Of a stretch of DNA of 64,000 nucleotides, positions 40,101 through 52,700 are shown piece after piece. Source of the stretch: Nymphaea colorata (lineage: Eukaryota). Location of the stretch: NCBI RefSeq assembly GCF_008831285.2, contig NC_045138.2:34410001-34474000 (forward strand). Reading direction: 5' to 3'. Both the position numbers and the translations under genes were made by a program. Numbering within the stretch: the first letter of the stretch is position 1; the number at the start of each line of letters is the position of its first letter. The notes below the pieces were generated by a model. It did not search any database and was not told where the DNA came from. It saw only the letters and a list, made by a program, of their open reading frames with translations.

Positions 40101-42187
40101 TCTCTCTCTTCTCGATTTCTCGTCTTCCCTCTTCCATCGACCACGACGACCAGACGAGAGACGACCACCCTTTGCCTTCGGTCTTCCGTGTTCCGTCTCT
40201 AGTCTCTCATCGTCTGCTATCTTCCTTCCCGTCTGGCGTCTTCCCTCTTCCGTCAACCAGACGACCACCTTTCTAGGCTCTTCTCCGGCTCACCGCCGCA
40301 CGGCCTGCACAAGCAAGGCAGCACCGGCATCCCGCATCCGGCCACCCGCCCACCCGCCCACCTGCGTTCCGGAGGTAAGATCGAGTGCTTGGTTTCTGTT
40401 TTTGCTGTCTTATGAGATGCATTTGGGAGGAGGAAGGGTTTATAAGCGCTGAATATTGTCTTTTATGTTCCTGATATATTCCTGTATCCTGCTATTTAGT
40501 TGATGTCGTTGATTAATGGCTTTGTCTCTATGGTCTTGTTAGCACTCTGTGTACAATATAGATAGTCTAGAGATGCAAACAGAATTTTCACCAATGTTTT
40601 GACCATTCCTCGTACGCCCTTCCAGTTCTTTTTGATGGTAGGCTACCCAGTGAACGTGAGTTATATCCATGTGGTTTTCTGGTTCGAGTATCTTTCTATT
40701 TTTTTGCTCTGGAGCTGCCTTGTCGAGTTTTGCTCATGTCATTTCGATGTGTTGGAAGTGTGACAAAACTGTTGCTTTCTTTTTTAACATGTGAATCTGT
40801 GATGCTATTTGTGTTAGTGGTTCATTATGTTATACTGTTTTATTTGTTTTTTTCAAAATCTGGTGTTCACTGGTGTTATGCGAAGTTTAGGTGTACTTGT
40901 GAATAACTTATACTTCTGGCTTTGCCACTGACTGGGGCATTTGTCCTGCCTGAAATTCCTTGATGTAGCGTAAGGAACTAGGAACATCTATAACTTTTTT
41001 GTTTTTTGTTTATTTTTTTCTTTTATGTACCTTCTCCTGTATGAGAGCGACAGGCCGTGGCCAACTGTAAAACTTTCCTTTTTCTAACGTAGACTACGTA
41101 GTGCTTTTTTATGAAGGTTTGAACAAGAAGACTTCATAAAACTTTTAAATAGTTTTTTTATATTAAATTAGCGAGTGAAAGTAATAAATAACTAACCCAT
41201 GAGGTAGAGTAGCAAGCCTCTGTTGACAAAAATTACAGGTCACATGGATAGTTGAAAACTAAAATGATAAAAACAACTGCATGGGAGGTCATTCTATTGT
41301 TGACAGGAAGGTATGCAGCATCTTTAAGGGTGATAGCTGTTAATATGACCTGTACTTTCGATCATGGAAGGTATATTTGTTCATGAGCACCTGCAGGCAC
41401 AAATTGCTTTGAATCCTCGCCATGTTTGTCATTTCTGGCTTAAGAGCTTGCATTTGTGTGCATCTTATATTTGTTTGGTTTTGTGTACTTTCTTCTATTG
41501 TTCCCTCTATGCATTTTGATAAACACAAAATAGATGGAGTTATTTTTTCGTTAGTGGAAAGTTGATTTAGGAGACTTCTGATACTGAGTCTCTGCTTTTT
41601 GGCGTTGAAACAGGGTCATTGCTCGAGCAAACAAGCTCAGCAGTCACAAAAAAGTCCCAAGCATATGCTAAAGAAGAAATATAAAGATTGAAGAACAGCA
41701 AATCCAGTTACCAGTTACTGATAAAAGCCTTTAGAAGTCTGCAAGGCAGGCTGCCTTTACCAGAGGAAAGCCAAAGCAACAATTGAGTGAGGTTAGCTAC
41801 ACTTTCTATTTCATATATGCAATTTTTCTTGCTGTCAACCCATGCTTACCAACCCTTTGTTATCTTGATTGAAGTCATTTACATCATATCATTCTTGAGT
41901 TATTTGCTATAGTTTGAGATTTTACCTTGGTGCTGCGTCGTTCACCCATCCTCTCTTCTTTGTAAATTGTCGTCCTTCTCTTCTCTTGAAAATGTTCAAA
42001 GAATGGTTTGTAGCCTTGTCGTAGGGTTTCCTCTCCTGTGAAATCCTATGGCGACCTTTGAGCTTCTCTTTCCTTTTTATGACTTTTATGTGTTCCATTG
42101 AGAAATTGAAACTTTGTTCTGTTTGGCTTCTTGTTCAGATCTTCAACCGGGGGATCTTGGGGCTTGGCATCGGCTTGAGCGATGACA

Positions 42188-44609
42188 ATGGTGAGCTTTT
42201 CGTATTTTCCTTTTTTCCACCTTCTCATTCTGTTTCTTCACTGGTTCTTTTGTAGAATTTCGTTGTAAAATTCGTTTGAATGGTTCTTCAGTTGTTGATC
42301 ATGTTACCTAATTTGGTGTTCCTTTGGACTCCTAAGACATTTGTCGTGTGTGGCTTGCTTTAGGATCAAAATCTTCTTCTTCATTTTCTTCTTCTTCTTT
42401 TGTTATCAATTTAATCTTGCACCTGCGGAGATTGTGAGCTTGTTTGTGCTTTTGTCAGATCTGCACTAGGATTGGTCTGGTGGGATTTAGAAACAAAAGA
42501 TCCTAATGCTGCTCAGTGAAATAATTTTATAGTTGTATCTTCCTTTTAGATGCAATTCTTTTCCTTGCACGTCGTCAACATAGCTTTCCATTTCCATGCC
42601 TTACGTGTGATTTTTTAATATCTGATTGTCTAGGAAGTGATCAATTTCTTTTCTGACTTTGTATTTTTGAAAAACCTAGACATCCAATTGTGCTGTACTG
42701 GGCGATATAATGAAGTACCACAAATTATGGATTATCAATCTCATTGCACTTAGGTTTCATGGTATTCTTAAGGCTTTGATATTCTTCTGCACTAAGCTAT
42801 CAATGCTCATTGCACAAAGTTTACATATATTCTTAATCCTTTGGTTGTCTTCTCTAATTTTGAGCTTGTCCGAGAGGTTCTTAACTTGTATGAAATGGTT
42901 TTCTTCTTCATAGTTGAATCTACTTCAACTATGACATATTGCCCTATTTTCCTTCCAAATGGTTCAGTTGAGTTTACTTAATCCAAATGTCTTTTAACAA
43001 CTAGAATGTGTAAACTTGTATGTTATGTATGGGAAAGATCCAATGACAATATATTATTATAGTAATTTTCTTGATCAATCAAATACTTGCAGAAGGATTT
43101 CTGGGAAAGCTTTTCTTCTGCATCAAACACTGAAAGGTTCAAATGCTGGAAAAAATTTTCATTCCCATGCTCACCCATACAAATGTTCTTTTTTTTTTAA
43201 AAATTTGCCCTACAGAATTTTTAAGCAATCCAATGCTTCCTAAGGAAGGAGAAAGAAAAGGACCTTTTTCTACATAATAATTTCTCCCTGGTAGCTCCAC
43301 TAACCGATGTTATGTGTGTTGCATGATACAGATGAGTATTGCATGATACATATTGTAACAGTCAAGAAAACCATTTAGCTGCAGCCTCTAGATATGGGGA
43401 AATAAGAGCGTGTGATATGGGCTCCCTATTGTACAATACAGGATTGGCAGACAGAGGAAGGGACCTGGGGCCACTTTTTCTGATTTGGGTTTTAAAGCCC
43501 CCTCTCCTTTAAGATATGATTTATTGATTAAGATTGACACCTAGGATTGGGCATGTCCTAGGTTGTTCGATGTTGAAGGCACATCAGTCTTGGTGGGGCC
43601 CAACCACCAATGTCGACCTATCTTTGTTGGGTTAAGTCAAAACCCTAAGATATTTACTGTGTTAGCCATTTAATTTGTTAACTAAGTTAACAAAATATAA
43701 AAAAATACTTAAAGACCTACCTGAAGTTGATGGAATCTAAGGGATCCTTAGATTGGCATCACTTCCATTGATCTCTCCTACTAATTAGTAGAGTTCCCCA
43801 ATTGGTTTCCCCAAAAGTTAACAAAATATAAAAAATATTTAAAGACCTACCTGAAGCTGATGGAATCTAAGGGATCCTTAGATTGGCAATACTTCCATTG
43901 ATCTCTCCTACTAATTAGTACAGTTCCCCAATTGGTTTCCTCAATTCTAAGGATTCCAAATTATTATCCTAACTAAATCAGATTTACTAAACCAACTTTC
44001 CTAGAAATTAGTGACTTACCTTACAAAACTGAGACGCTCTATCTGTTGTGAAGAGCCTGGCATTCTAGAATGATTCTCTAAGTAATGCATTGAAACCTTA
44101 AATGGATATGCAAATATATGATGCACTAATCCTAGCTAATATGCAATGTAAATTGAGAAAATGCGCCTAATGTGGACCAAATATGACATGTCAACGATGG
44201 AAGGGATTAAACAAAAGCTTCAATTGAGAAGGGTGACATTCTTTTGGACGACTTTCTAAAAAAAAAAAATCCTATGAAAGTCTTAGGTAATCAAAGGAGG
44301 AAGTGTCTTAACAATTTCCCACAATGCCCACAATATTTTTAACTAATGCGAAACATGTCTGTACCATATCAGACATCCTTAGCCGTGGAGGAATCCTGCC
44401 ATTGTTGGAATCTAGTAAAGAATCCAGCGATGAATGTGGCACCTATGAGAACCAGAAATTCTGTATGCAAAATAAATGAAAATGCAATGCTTTAATGAAA
44501 TAGATAAGTTTATGCATGCAATAAGGGAAAACATGAACAGATGAACTAAACAAATATATATATATATATATTATGCATGCAATAACGGAAAACATGAACA
44601 GATGAACTA

Positions 44610-44675
<66 letters not shown>

Positions 44676-46688
44676 TACACACACACACACACACACTCTT
44701 ATAATTATACTCATAGCCTTATTTATCTATCTTTACTTTTAAGTCATTATAAACTTTCTGTATTAGGACTAATTTTGTTAAGTACACATTTAAAATGCTC
44801 AGTTTTTGCCTGGTTCGACTTACTATGCTGAATGTATTGTGTCGGAAAAGTACCACCTCGAGCATCGACATGGGTGCAGCAGTTATTTAGGTGCACCCGT
44901 GTGACATAGTTTACTGGTTTTTGACCAAATCAATATCTAAAACTGCCTCCTAAATTATACTAAAAAACGACACTACCAGACACAACAAGAAGCATCCAAA
45001 AAATCATGAAGAAACAGAAGGGAAAACAAGAAAACTGCCTGGCCAAAGTCTGTCTTACACCAGTGCAATTAGAAAGACATGCCAACATCTCTTGTTCTAA
45101 TCAAAATGAGAAAACATCATTAACTGCATTGTGGAACATGAAAACCTAGAAACCAATTTAAGAAAATATACATAAAACAAAGATAAGAAGTGGTAAAACG
45201 TATATAAGGTTTGGGTCATGACGTCTGGATCTGGATCCAGATCCAGACGTCATATTAGGTATTTCCTTTTTTAACATTATGTTTTCTCATTAATGGCATT
45301 GATGTAATATTCTTTGTTTTTAATAGGACTTATTAGTCCATGGAGTAAAAGATTGATTTTACAATATAATCTTAGGGTTCAACAGACAGTTACTACTGCT
45401 GCCGTCCTTATCCTTTGGCACTTCTCTTCTCCTTCTTTGTTTTTTTTTGTGCATAAGTCTTTGGTGGATGACTCGGTAATCTGATATTACAGAATCTTAG
45501 AAGAAACGTTGGATGTTGGAGAACCAAGTACAACCATTGACACTAGAGATGCCGGCGATCTCGAGACCTCTACTCCTCTTTTGCTAGTCTATTTTACAAA
45601 ATCTAGAATGACTGATTTACATACTTTACAAAAGCATGCCAATCCACATGAAAACAAGCGTGTGCTGGTTGAATCAGGCCTTCAGTTGACCTTGGCAATA
45701 TGCAAGAGAGAAGAGACTGGCTTGACATAAGTCACCAATCTTCATCTCTACACGAAATCCACCAAATGATCTATCATCCACCCATAAAAATCAATATGAT
45801 ATGAACGAAAATATGCAGAATAACATAGGAATATGAATGTAAATGCAGACCCATGACTTGACTCTAAGGACACTAAAAAGAGAATTGGGGAAAAGAACTC
45901 GTAGAGGTCTGATGCTCCGATGAAAGCAGGGGATTTGGTGAAATACTCTTCAGTCAAAGGCTCCAAGAAGGAGGTGTTCCACACGTCAATACCTGAGATT
46001 CTCCTTTCGAAAATGTAGAACACATCCTGGGAAGAAGGAATATGATGAAGGGATGAAGGTGGGTGTGGCTAGAAGCTCCACCTGCCCCAAGGTGAAGGGC
46101 CAACGAGTCCACATTAGGTCCAACTGTCCAAGATTCTTCCCATTCTTTGATGCACCCTCCCATCTCAACGGACAAGTAGTGAAAGCAATGTTGTAAAAGC
46201 GTATCGTAAGCCGTATCGTTCTGGTTTTAAGATACGTATCGTAAAATATCGTAACGTATCGTAACCGTATCATACTTATTTTTTTAAAAATTAAATCAGA
46301 AAACACCAAAAATTTAACCAGTTTTAGCTCTTGGTTTGAATCTGGGTCCATTTCTTCTACCGGTTCACTCCAAAACACCAAAAATGCGTTATTTTCTTTA
46401 TTTTAGCCATGTTTAACACCAAATTCAAAACATAAACTTCTAACACACAAAATAATGTAAACATTAATCTCTAAATTTATGGATAAATGCATGACAATAA
46501 ACTCACAAAATAGTGTATTTTACCCATCAGCAAATGTCTTCACTACTTTTTGTAACTTCAGAGTATCAACTTGCTTGACTTTTTTACCTAGGCTCTTGTA
46601 TCTAATAGATTGCAGTTTCTTCTTGACAAACTTTATGATCTGATCGTAAAGGGGAAGGTGTTATCTTCTATGTAAGTACTCATATTTA

Positions 46689-46747
<59 letters not shown>

Positions 46748-49700
46748 ATAATATATATAATTTCTATACATAATTCAATTTATTCATATATGTTTAGTAA
46801 TTGTTGAATATATGATGTACATATATATCTCTTGTACGTAGGCTCTATGTGTAATCTTTATTCTTTTCCTTTTCTGGATTTTTCTCTTCTTTTTTTATTT
46901 CTTTATTTTTCTACTTTCTGCTTAACTAGCTCTTGGATAGTCTGGCTGTTTGGTTGCTCCCTTCCCTTATACTTTTTCTGTCATATTAATATGAAAGTGT
47001 GCCCCTTTTCCTGTTGTTGGTCTGAGTGCCATTTTTGGTTCCCCGTTCAATATAATTCTGTTGTTCTCAGTGTGAGGTTTCAGTTTTGGCTGCATGCTTA
47101 GATCATTGATTGTTTGTCCTTGAGGCTGTTCTGGGTGGTCTCTTTGTGCACTGTTTGGGCCCTGGACTTAAATCTTCTGCTTTTATTTGTGATGCATATT
47201 TTTGGGTTCTTTATGTTAGTTACTATCATCAACTTTAGGACTTTTTTTTCTCCAGCTCCTCTTGTTCTTTTGGAAAATTTATTTTAATGACGTTTATCTT
47301 CAATTTCATGATAAATTGTGTAGGTGGTGCAATCAAACTTGAGCTGTTTGAGTTCTTCTATGTGGTCAACGAAAGGAGAATCTCACACCTACAGTGATTT
47401 TTTTTTTCCTACTGTTGTCAACAAAAGCATGCTGCCAGCAATTGGGCCTTTACATTTAGGAGATTACGTTAAATTGGTCCTTCAGTTTACGTCGAACCAT
47501 AATATAATAACAACTAAAAATTAGTTATTATCAAACGTATTTTATTTTTATTTCTAAGACCCAGACAAGGTGCAGTTGGTCCAAACTATCCCCAGAAGTT
47601 CTGAGATAATTAGTTTGAGCAGTGCAAATCAGCATACTGAATTTTACAGCTATTTATTGCGCTGGTGTGCCTTTGAGTAAATTATAGTTGATTGTGTTCC
47701 CTTCTTGCAGCTCTATTTCAATAAAAACCTGGAAATATTTTCCAGTGAAGCTTCAATGGACTTCCTTTCAATTACTGTAATGGCTATTGTTCTTTCAGGC
47801 AAGCTTCCAAACAAGTGGACGAATGTCAAGGAGAGAGAGGCCCAGAGGGCGCCATCATGCAATAAGTCAACAAAAGAAACAGGAAATCAAAGAAGCCTTT
47901 GACTTGTTCGACACTGATGGTTCAGGTATGACTGTTATCCATTGTATGCTTGCTGCTTCCTTTGTTTATACTTTATATTCTTGTTGACTCTGACTTGTTT
48001 CATTTAGGTACAATTGATGCCAAGGAGCTAAATGTTGCAATGAGGTATGCTGGCTATGATTTCATTGTTATGCACTTGCAGCTTACTGCACAATTTTTTC
48101 CTATTTGAATCACCTTCTTACAAGAGCAACCTCCTTACAATACCAAATGATGGTTTTGCAGGGCCTTGGGTTTTGAGATGAATGAAGAAGTAAGGATTTG
48201 TTGCTTTGTCACCTTATGTGGTTGTACTACCCATTTTAGGTTGCGAGTCATAGTCTTTCAGAAAATTATGTTATCTGATATTCAATGTGTTGTTTCCTAC
48301 AATTTCAGGATGCTTGTTCTTCTCTTTTGAATGGTTTCATTTGAACATGCGTACCTATCTAACACATATTACAAAATCTTGTTGGTTGTGAAGTTATTTA
48401 TTGTTTTCACTGTTTCAGTTTTCTTGCATTGATGACATTTATTTTGTGAACATTTCCAACGTTCTTTCTCTGTTATGATCATAGTTATTGAAAGATGAAG
48501 TAGGAATCTGTTCCTAGGAAGTGACTGGCTGGAACCGTCAAGAGTACAGATTCCCAAGAACGTTTCTGATTCCTGTACTTGAAATCTTGATGCGTCATGG
48601 CCCTTTTTAATTTTGTTTGCTCTTGGATATCACATCTTAACTGTTGTCGTTTCTTGAAGGTTTTTGCTTATTTGTGCCATGTCATTTAGTATAATATTTT
48701 GCACATTTTTGCTGTTACTTCCTAAATGGCTCTCCTTGTTGGATTCCGGGTTTTAGTCTTTGTGTATGTTCATCTAACTTTAAATGCCAAAAAATTGGAA
48801 GGATAATGGCTTGGAGTTTTCTCACTTTTATTATTTGCATGCTATCAAATAACCTTCTTGTTGGTGTTTATAAATCCACCTTGCCTGATTACACCTGGTA
48901 TGATCTTGCAGCTTCCAGGCAAGGGCTTCTATCAAGGAAGAACTAGACACTCTAGGGAAATTCGTAGGGTTATCAATTATGTAAGCCAAAATAATTTGTT
49001 TAAAGGCTAACTAGCTCATAACATATTTAATATTGTAATAATCTATGTTGTTAAGGCGTCCCTCGGGCTTGGACCATAGCCACAAGTATCACAAGATTTT
49101 TTAAAATATCACCATATTTTTTAAAATATTGTGATATTAACCATAAAAATGGGAAAATTTCGCTATATATTGAAGAAAATGTTAAATATGAATTTATTGC
49201 GATTTAAATGCGATATTTTCATTTCATTTTTTGTTTTTATTTTTTTTTTCAATTTTTGTTTCATTGCTTTATTTCCTCTTATTTTAGGCATTTATCATTG
49301 CCTCCTAAATGCAATACAATACTTATTAGTTTTTATTTCTTGTATTTTTACCTAACATTTTGATTTTTTATTTTTTGAAAAACTCCAAGATTTTCCAGAA
49401 ATTTTTCAAAAAAAAAAAAAAAACTTTGCTGATAAATACCTAAGAAAATCCTTGCTGATAAAAACCTGAGAACTATATTTGTGGCTTTGGCATGGACTAA
49501 GCGTCAGCCTATGCCCATTGCCTAAGTTCACCACTTACGCGATGGGATATGTGTGAAAATGTGACTGCAATAGTCACTAAATAAACATGCAGTAGAAATG
49601 GGCATTAAGGCCAAGTAAAAAGATAATCTTTATTCAAATGAATAGAGAATTGCTATACACCACAACTCAATTTGTACAATAAGTAGTTTAGATATTTATA

Positions 49701-52700
49701 CAAGAGAAGAGAGGGAAGAGTGGACTGAAATAGCTGTTGGCTAGTTCCAACGGCTCATAAAAGAGCCATTGGGACTAGCCAACGGCTAGATCAAAAAGTA
49801 AAAATAAAAATAAATATAAAATATAAAAAGTAAAACGTAAAAGAGGCGTCCAATTAATAATACATTATTAACACATATATTAACCTATATTTATGTATTG
49901 TTCATACATAAACATAAGTAATATATATGTATACATATACCCTATTTCTTAACTCCCTCCCCTTAAACTTACGATGTTATTACCTAAAGTTTATTTAAAA
50001 GAAAGTTAAATCTGGGAGAACATGGAGGCTTAGTGAAGAAATCAACCATTTTGAATTCTGAGGAGACATATGCAAGATTGATAATTTTTTTCAAAAATTC
50101 TTCACGAACATAGTGACAATCCATTTCTATATGCGTGGTTCATTCATGAAATGTTTGATTCTTGGCAGTGTAGATAGAGCTCTTGTTGTCGCAACACCAG
50201 TAAGTAGGTTTTTCTATTCTTGTTCCCATATCAAGGAGCATTTGACGAAGCCAGACAATTCCATGGTTGTGGAGGCTATGGCTCGATATTCAGCTTCAAT
50301 AGAAGAAAGAGAGATTTCTGTTACTTTTTGTACTTCCACGAGATGAGTGATTCTTCTAAAAAAACGCAAAACCCAGTAGTTGAGTGTTTATCATTTGGAT
50401 CTCATCTCTAATCAGCATTAGTATAAGCAATCAGGTTTAGAGAGGAAGAAGAAGCCATACATACTCCCTTATTTATTGTTCATTTGATATGTCTAATGAT
50501 ACAAAAAACAACTCCCATATGAACGGTTGATGAAGCATGCTGAAATTGACTTACTATATGAACCGCATGTGCAATATAATATCAGAGCGAGTGATGCTGA
50601 GATACATTAAAGATCACACAACCTGTCAGTAGGTAGTAGGATTGGTAAGAGAAACTCCATCATCAATTTTCAGGAGTTTCTGTGATCTTATCATTTATTA
50701 TACTTGACTTAGCAATAATCTATGCAGCAAACTTAGTTTGTGATAAAAAATAGCCTCTAGTGGAGTATGCAATCTCAATTCCCAAGAAGTACGTTAGGAA
50801 ACCTAAATCTTTCATTTTAAAAGTTTTTTGCAGTAGGTTCTTACATTCTTTAATTCTTTTTTTCTCACTCCTTGGAATGATCATGTCATCAACATATAGT
50901 AGGAGGATTATGATACCTGCATAGTATTTATTCTTAACAAATAAAGCAGTGTCAGTCAAACATAAATGAAATTCATAGTTAGAGATAACAAAGTTAAAAC
51001 AATCAAACCAAGCTTTAGGTGCTTGTTTGAGGCCATATAGAGCCTTCTTAAGTCCAAGAATTTTTTCTTGTGGAAGTGGCAAACTTGGTGGTACTTTCAT
51101 ATAAACTTCTTCTATAAAATCTCCATTTAAGAATGCATTTTTCACATCTATTTGATAGATATTCCAGTTTTTAATAGATCTTAATGCAATAAGAGTCCAA
51201 ACGGTAGTCATTTTAGGTGCAGGAGCAAATGTTTCCTCATAGTCAATTTCATATTATTGAGTATAACCTTTAGCAATAAGCCTAGCTTTATAACTTCTCC
51301 ATTTAATAATGCATTTTTATCATCTATTTGATAGATATTCGAGTTTTTAATAGATGCTAACGCAATACGAGTCCTAACGGTAGTCATTCTAGCTGTAGGA
51401 GCAAATGTTTCCTCATAGTCAATTTCATATTCTTAAGTATAAACTTTACAACAAGCCTAGCTTTATATCTTTGTAGAGATCCATCACTTTTCGTTTTCAC
51501 CTTGTAAACTCATTTGCATCCAAAAAGTCTTTTTTCCTATAGGTAAATCTTGTATTTCTTATGTTTGACCTTTTCTCAAGGCAATTCTTCTAACATAGCA
51601 ATCTTCCACTCGATTATATTTTGAGGCTTCATTAAATGTAGATGGTTCAAAGTTGTAAAATGGCATTGATTCTAGCTGTATATGTTGGGATGAATGTCTC
51701 ATATGACAAACTTATTGGGTTGCCTTATGTTTCTAATGGATCTTCTAAGGTTGTCATCATTTGAAGTAGATTGAAGATCAACAATTTCATGTTGCTTTTC
51801 TTCACCAATGTTTTGTTGCGGGTCATACATTTCATCATCACATTGGGAGAGATACTTGAATAGAAAAGAGTAATCATTGTTGTTTTGTGATTCTCTACAA
51901 TTTTCGAATCCATTTTCTTCTTTATTAAACTTTACATTCTTTGAAACTATAATCTTGTCTTTGACTAGGTCATATATTTTGTAGCCTTTTTGTCTCAGTG
52001 AATAGAAAAGAGTAATCATTGTTGTTTTGTGATTCTCTGCAATTTTCGAATCCATTTTCTTTTCGAATCCATTTTCTTCTTTATTGAACTTTACATTCTT
52101 TGAAACTATGATCTTGTCTTTGACTAGGTCATAGCATTTGTAGTCTTTTTATGTGTCAGAATAACCAACGAAGGCACATTCAATAACCTTTGAACTCAAT
52201 TTGTCAGTTTTGTCATTTAAAACAAAACCTTGCATCCAAAAATTCGAAGTCTATTGAGATCGGGTTCATATTTCAACAATTTTTCTAAAGGAATTGTACT
52301 ATTTAAAACTTTTGAAGGCATTCTATTTATGAAATAAATAGAAGCAACGGCTGCTTCAACCCAAAAGCATTTAGGTATATTTTTTTGTCATAAGTAGGGT
52401 TCTTGTTGTTTGTTTTATGCTTTCTTTGAGAAAGTCCATTTTGTTGAGGCATTCGTGGACATGATTTTTGATGAACTATTTCATAGTCTTTCAAATATCT
52501 TGTGAATTCATTCAAAATATATTCACCTCCGGAATCAGTCTTTAGGATTTTTAATTTCGCATCAAACTACGTTTTTTCCAAGTTGTGAAAATTTTTGAAC
52601 ACCTCAAAAACTTCATATTTGAATCTTAGGAAATACATCCAACAATATCTAGTGAAATCATCAACAAAGATCACATAATAAGATAACCCTCTTTTTGACA

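Noticed and set aside
40675..40700. GGTTCGA T-loop-like motifs (also near 44812 and 62139) as tRNA or SINE
   Set aside because: No cloverleaf stems or properly spaced A box.
45480..46180. Possible LINE (zf-RVT/RNase H-like) remnant on the minus strand
   Set aside because: Only faint resemblance (e.g. [10 protein letters not shown]); no RT motif, poly(A) tail or TSD I can support.
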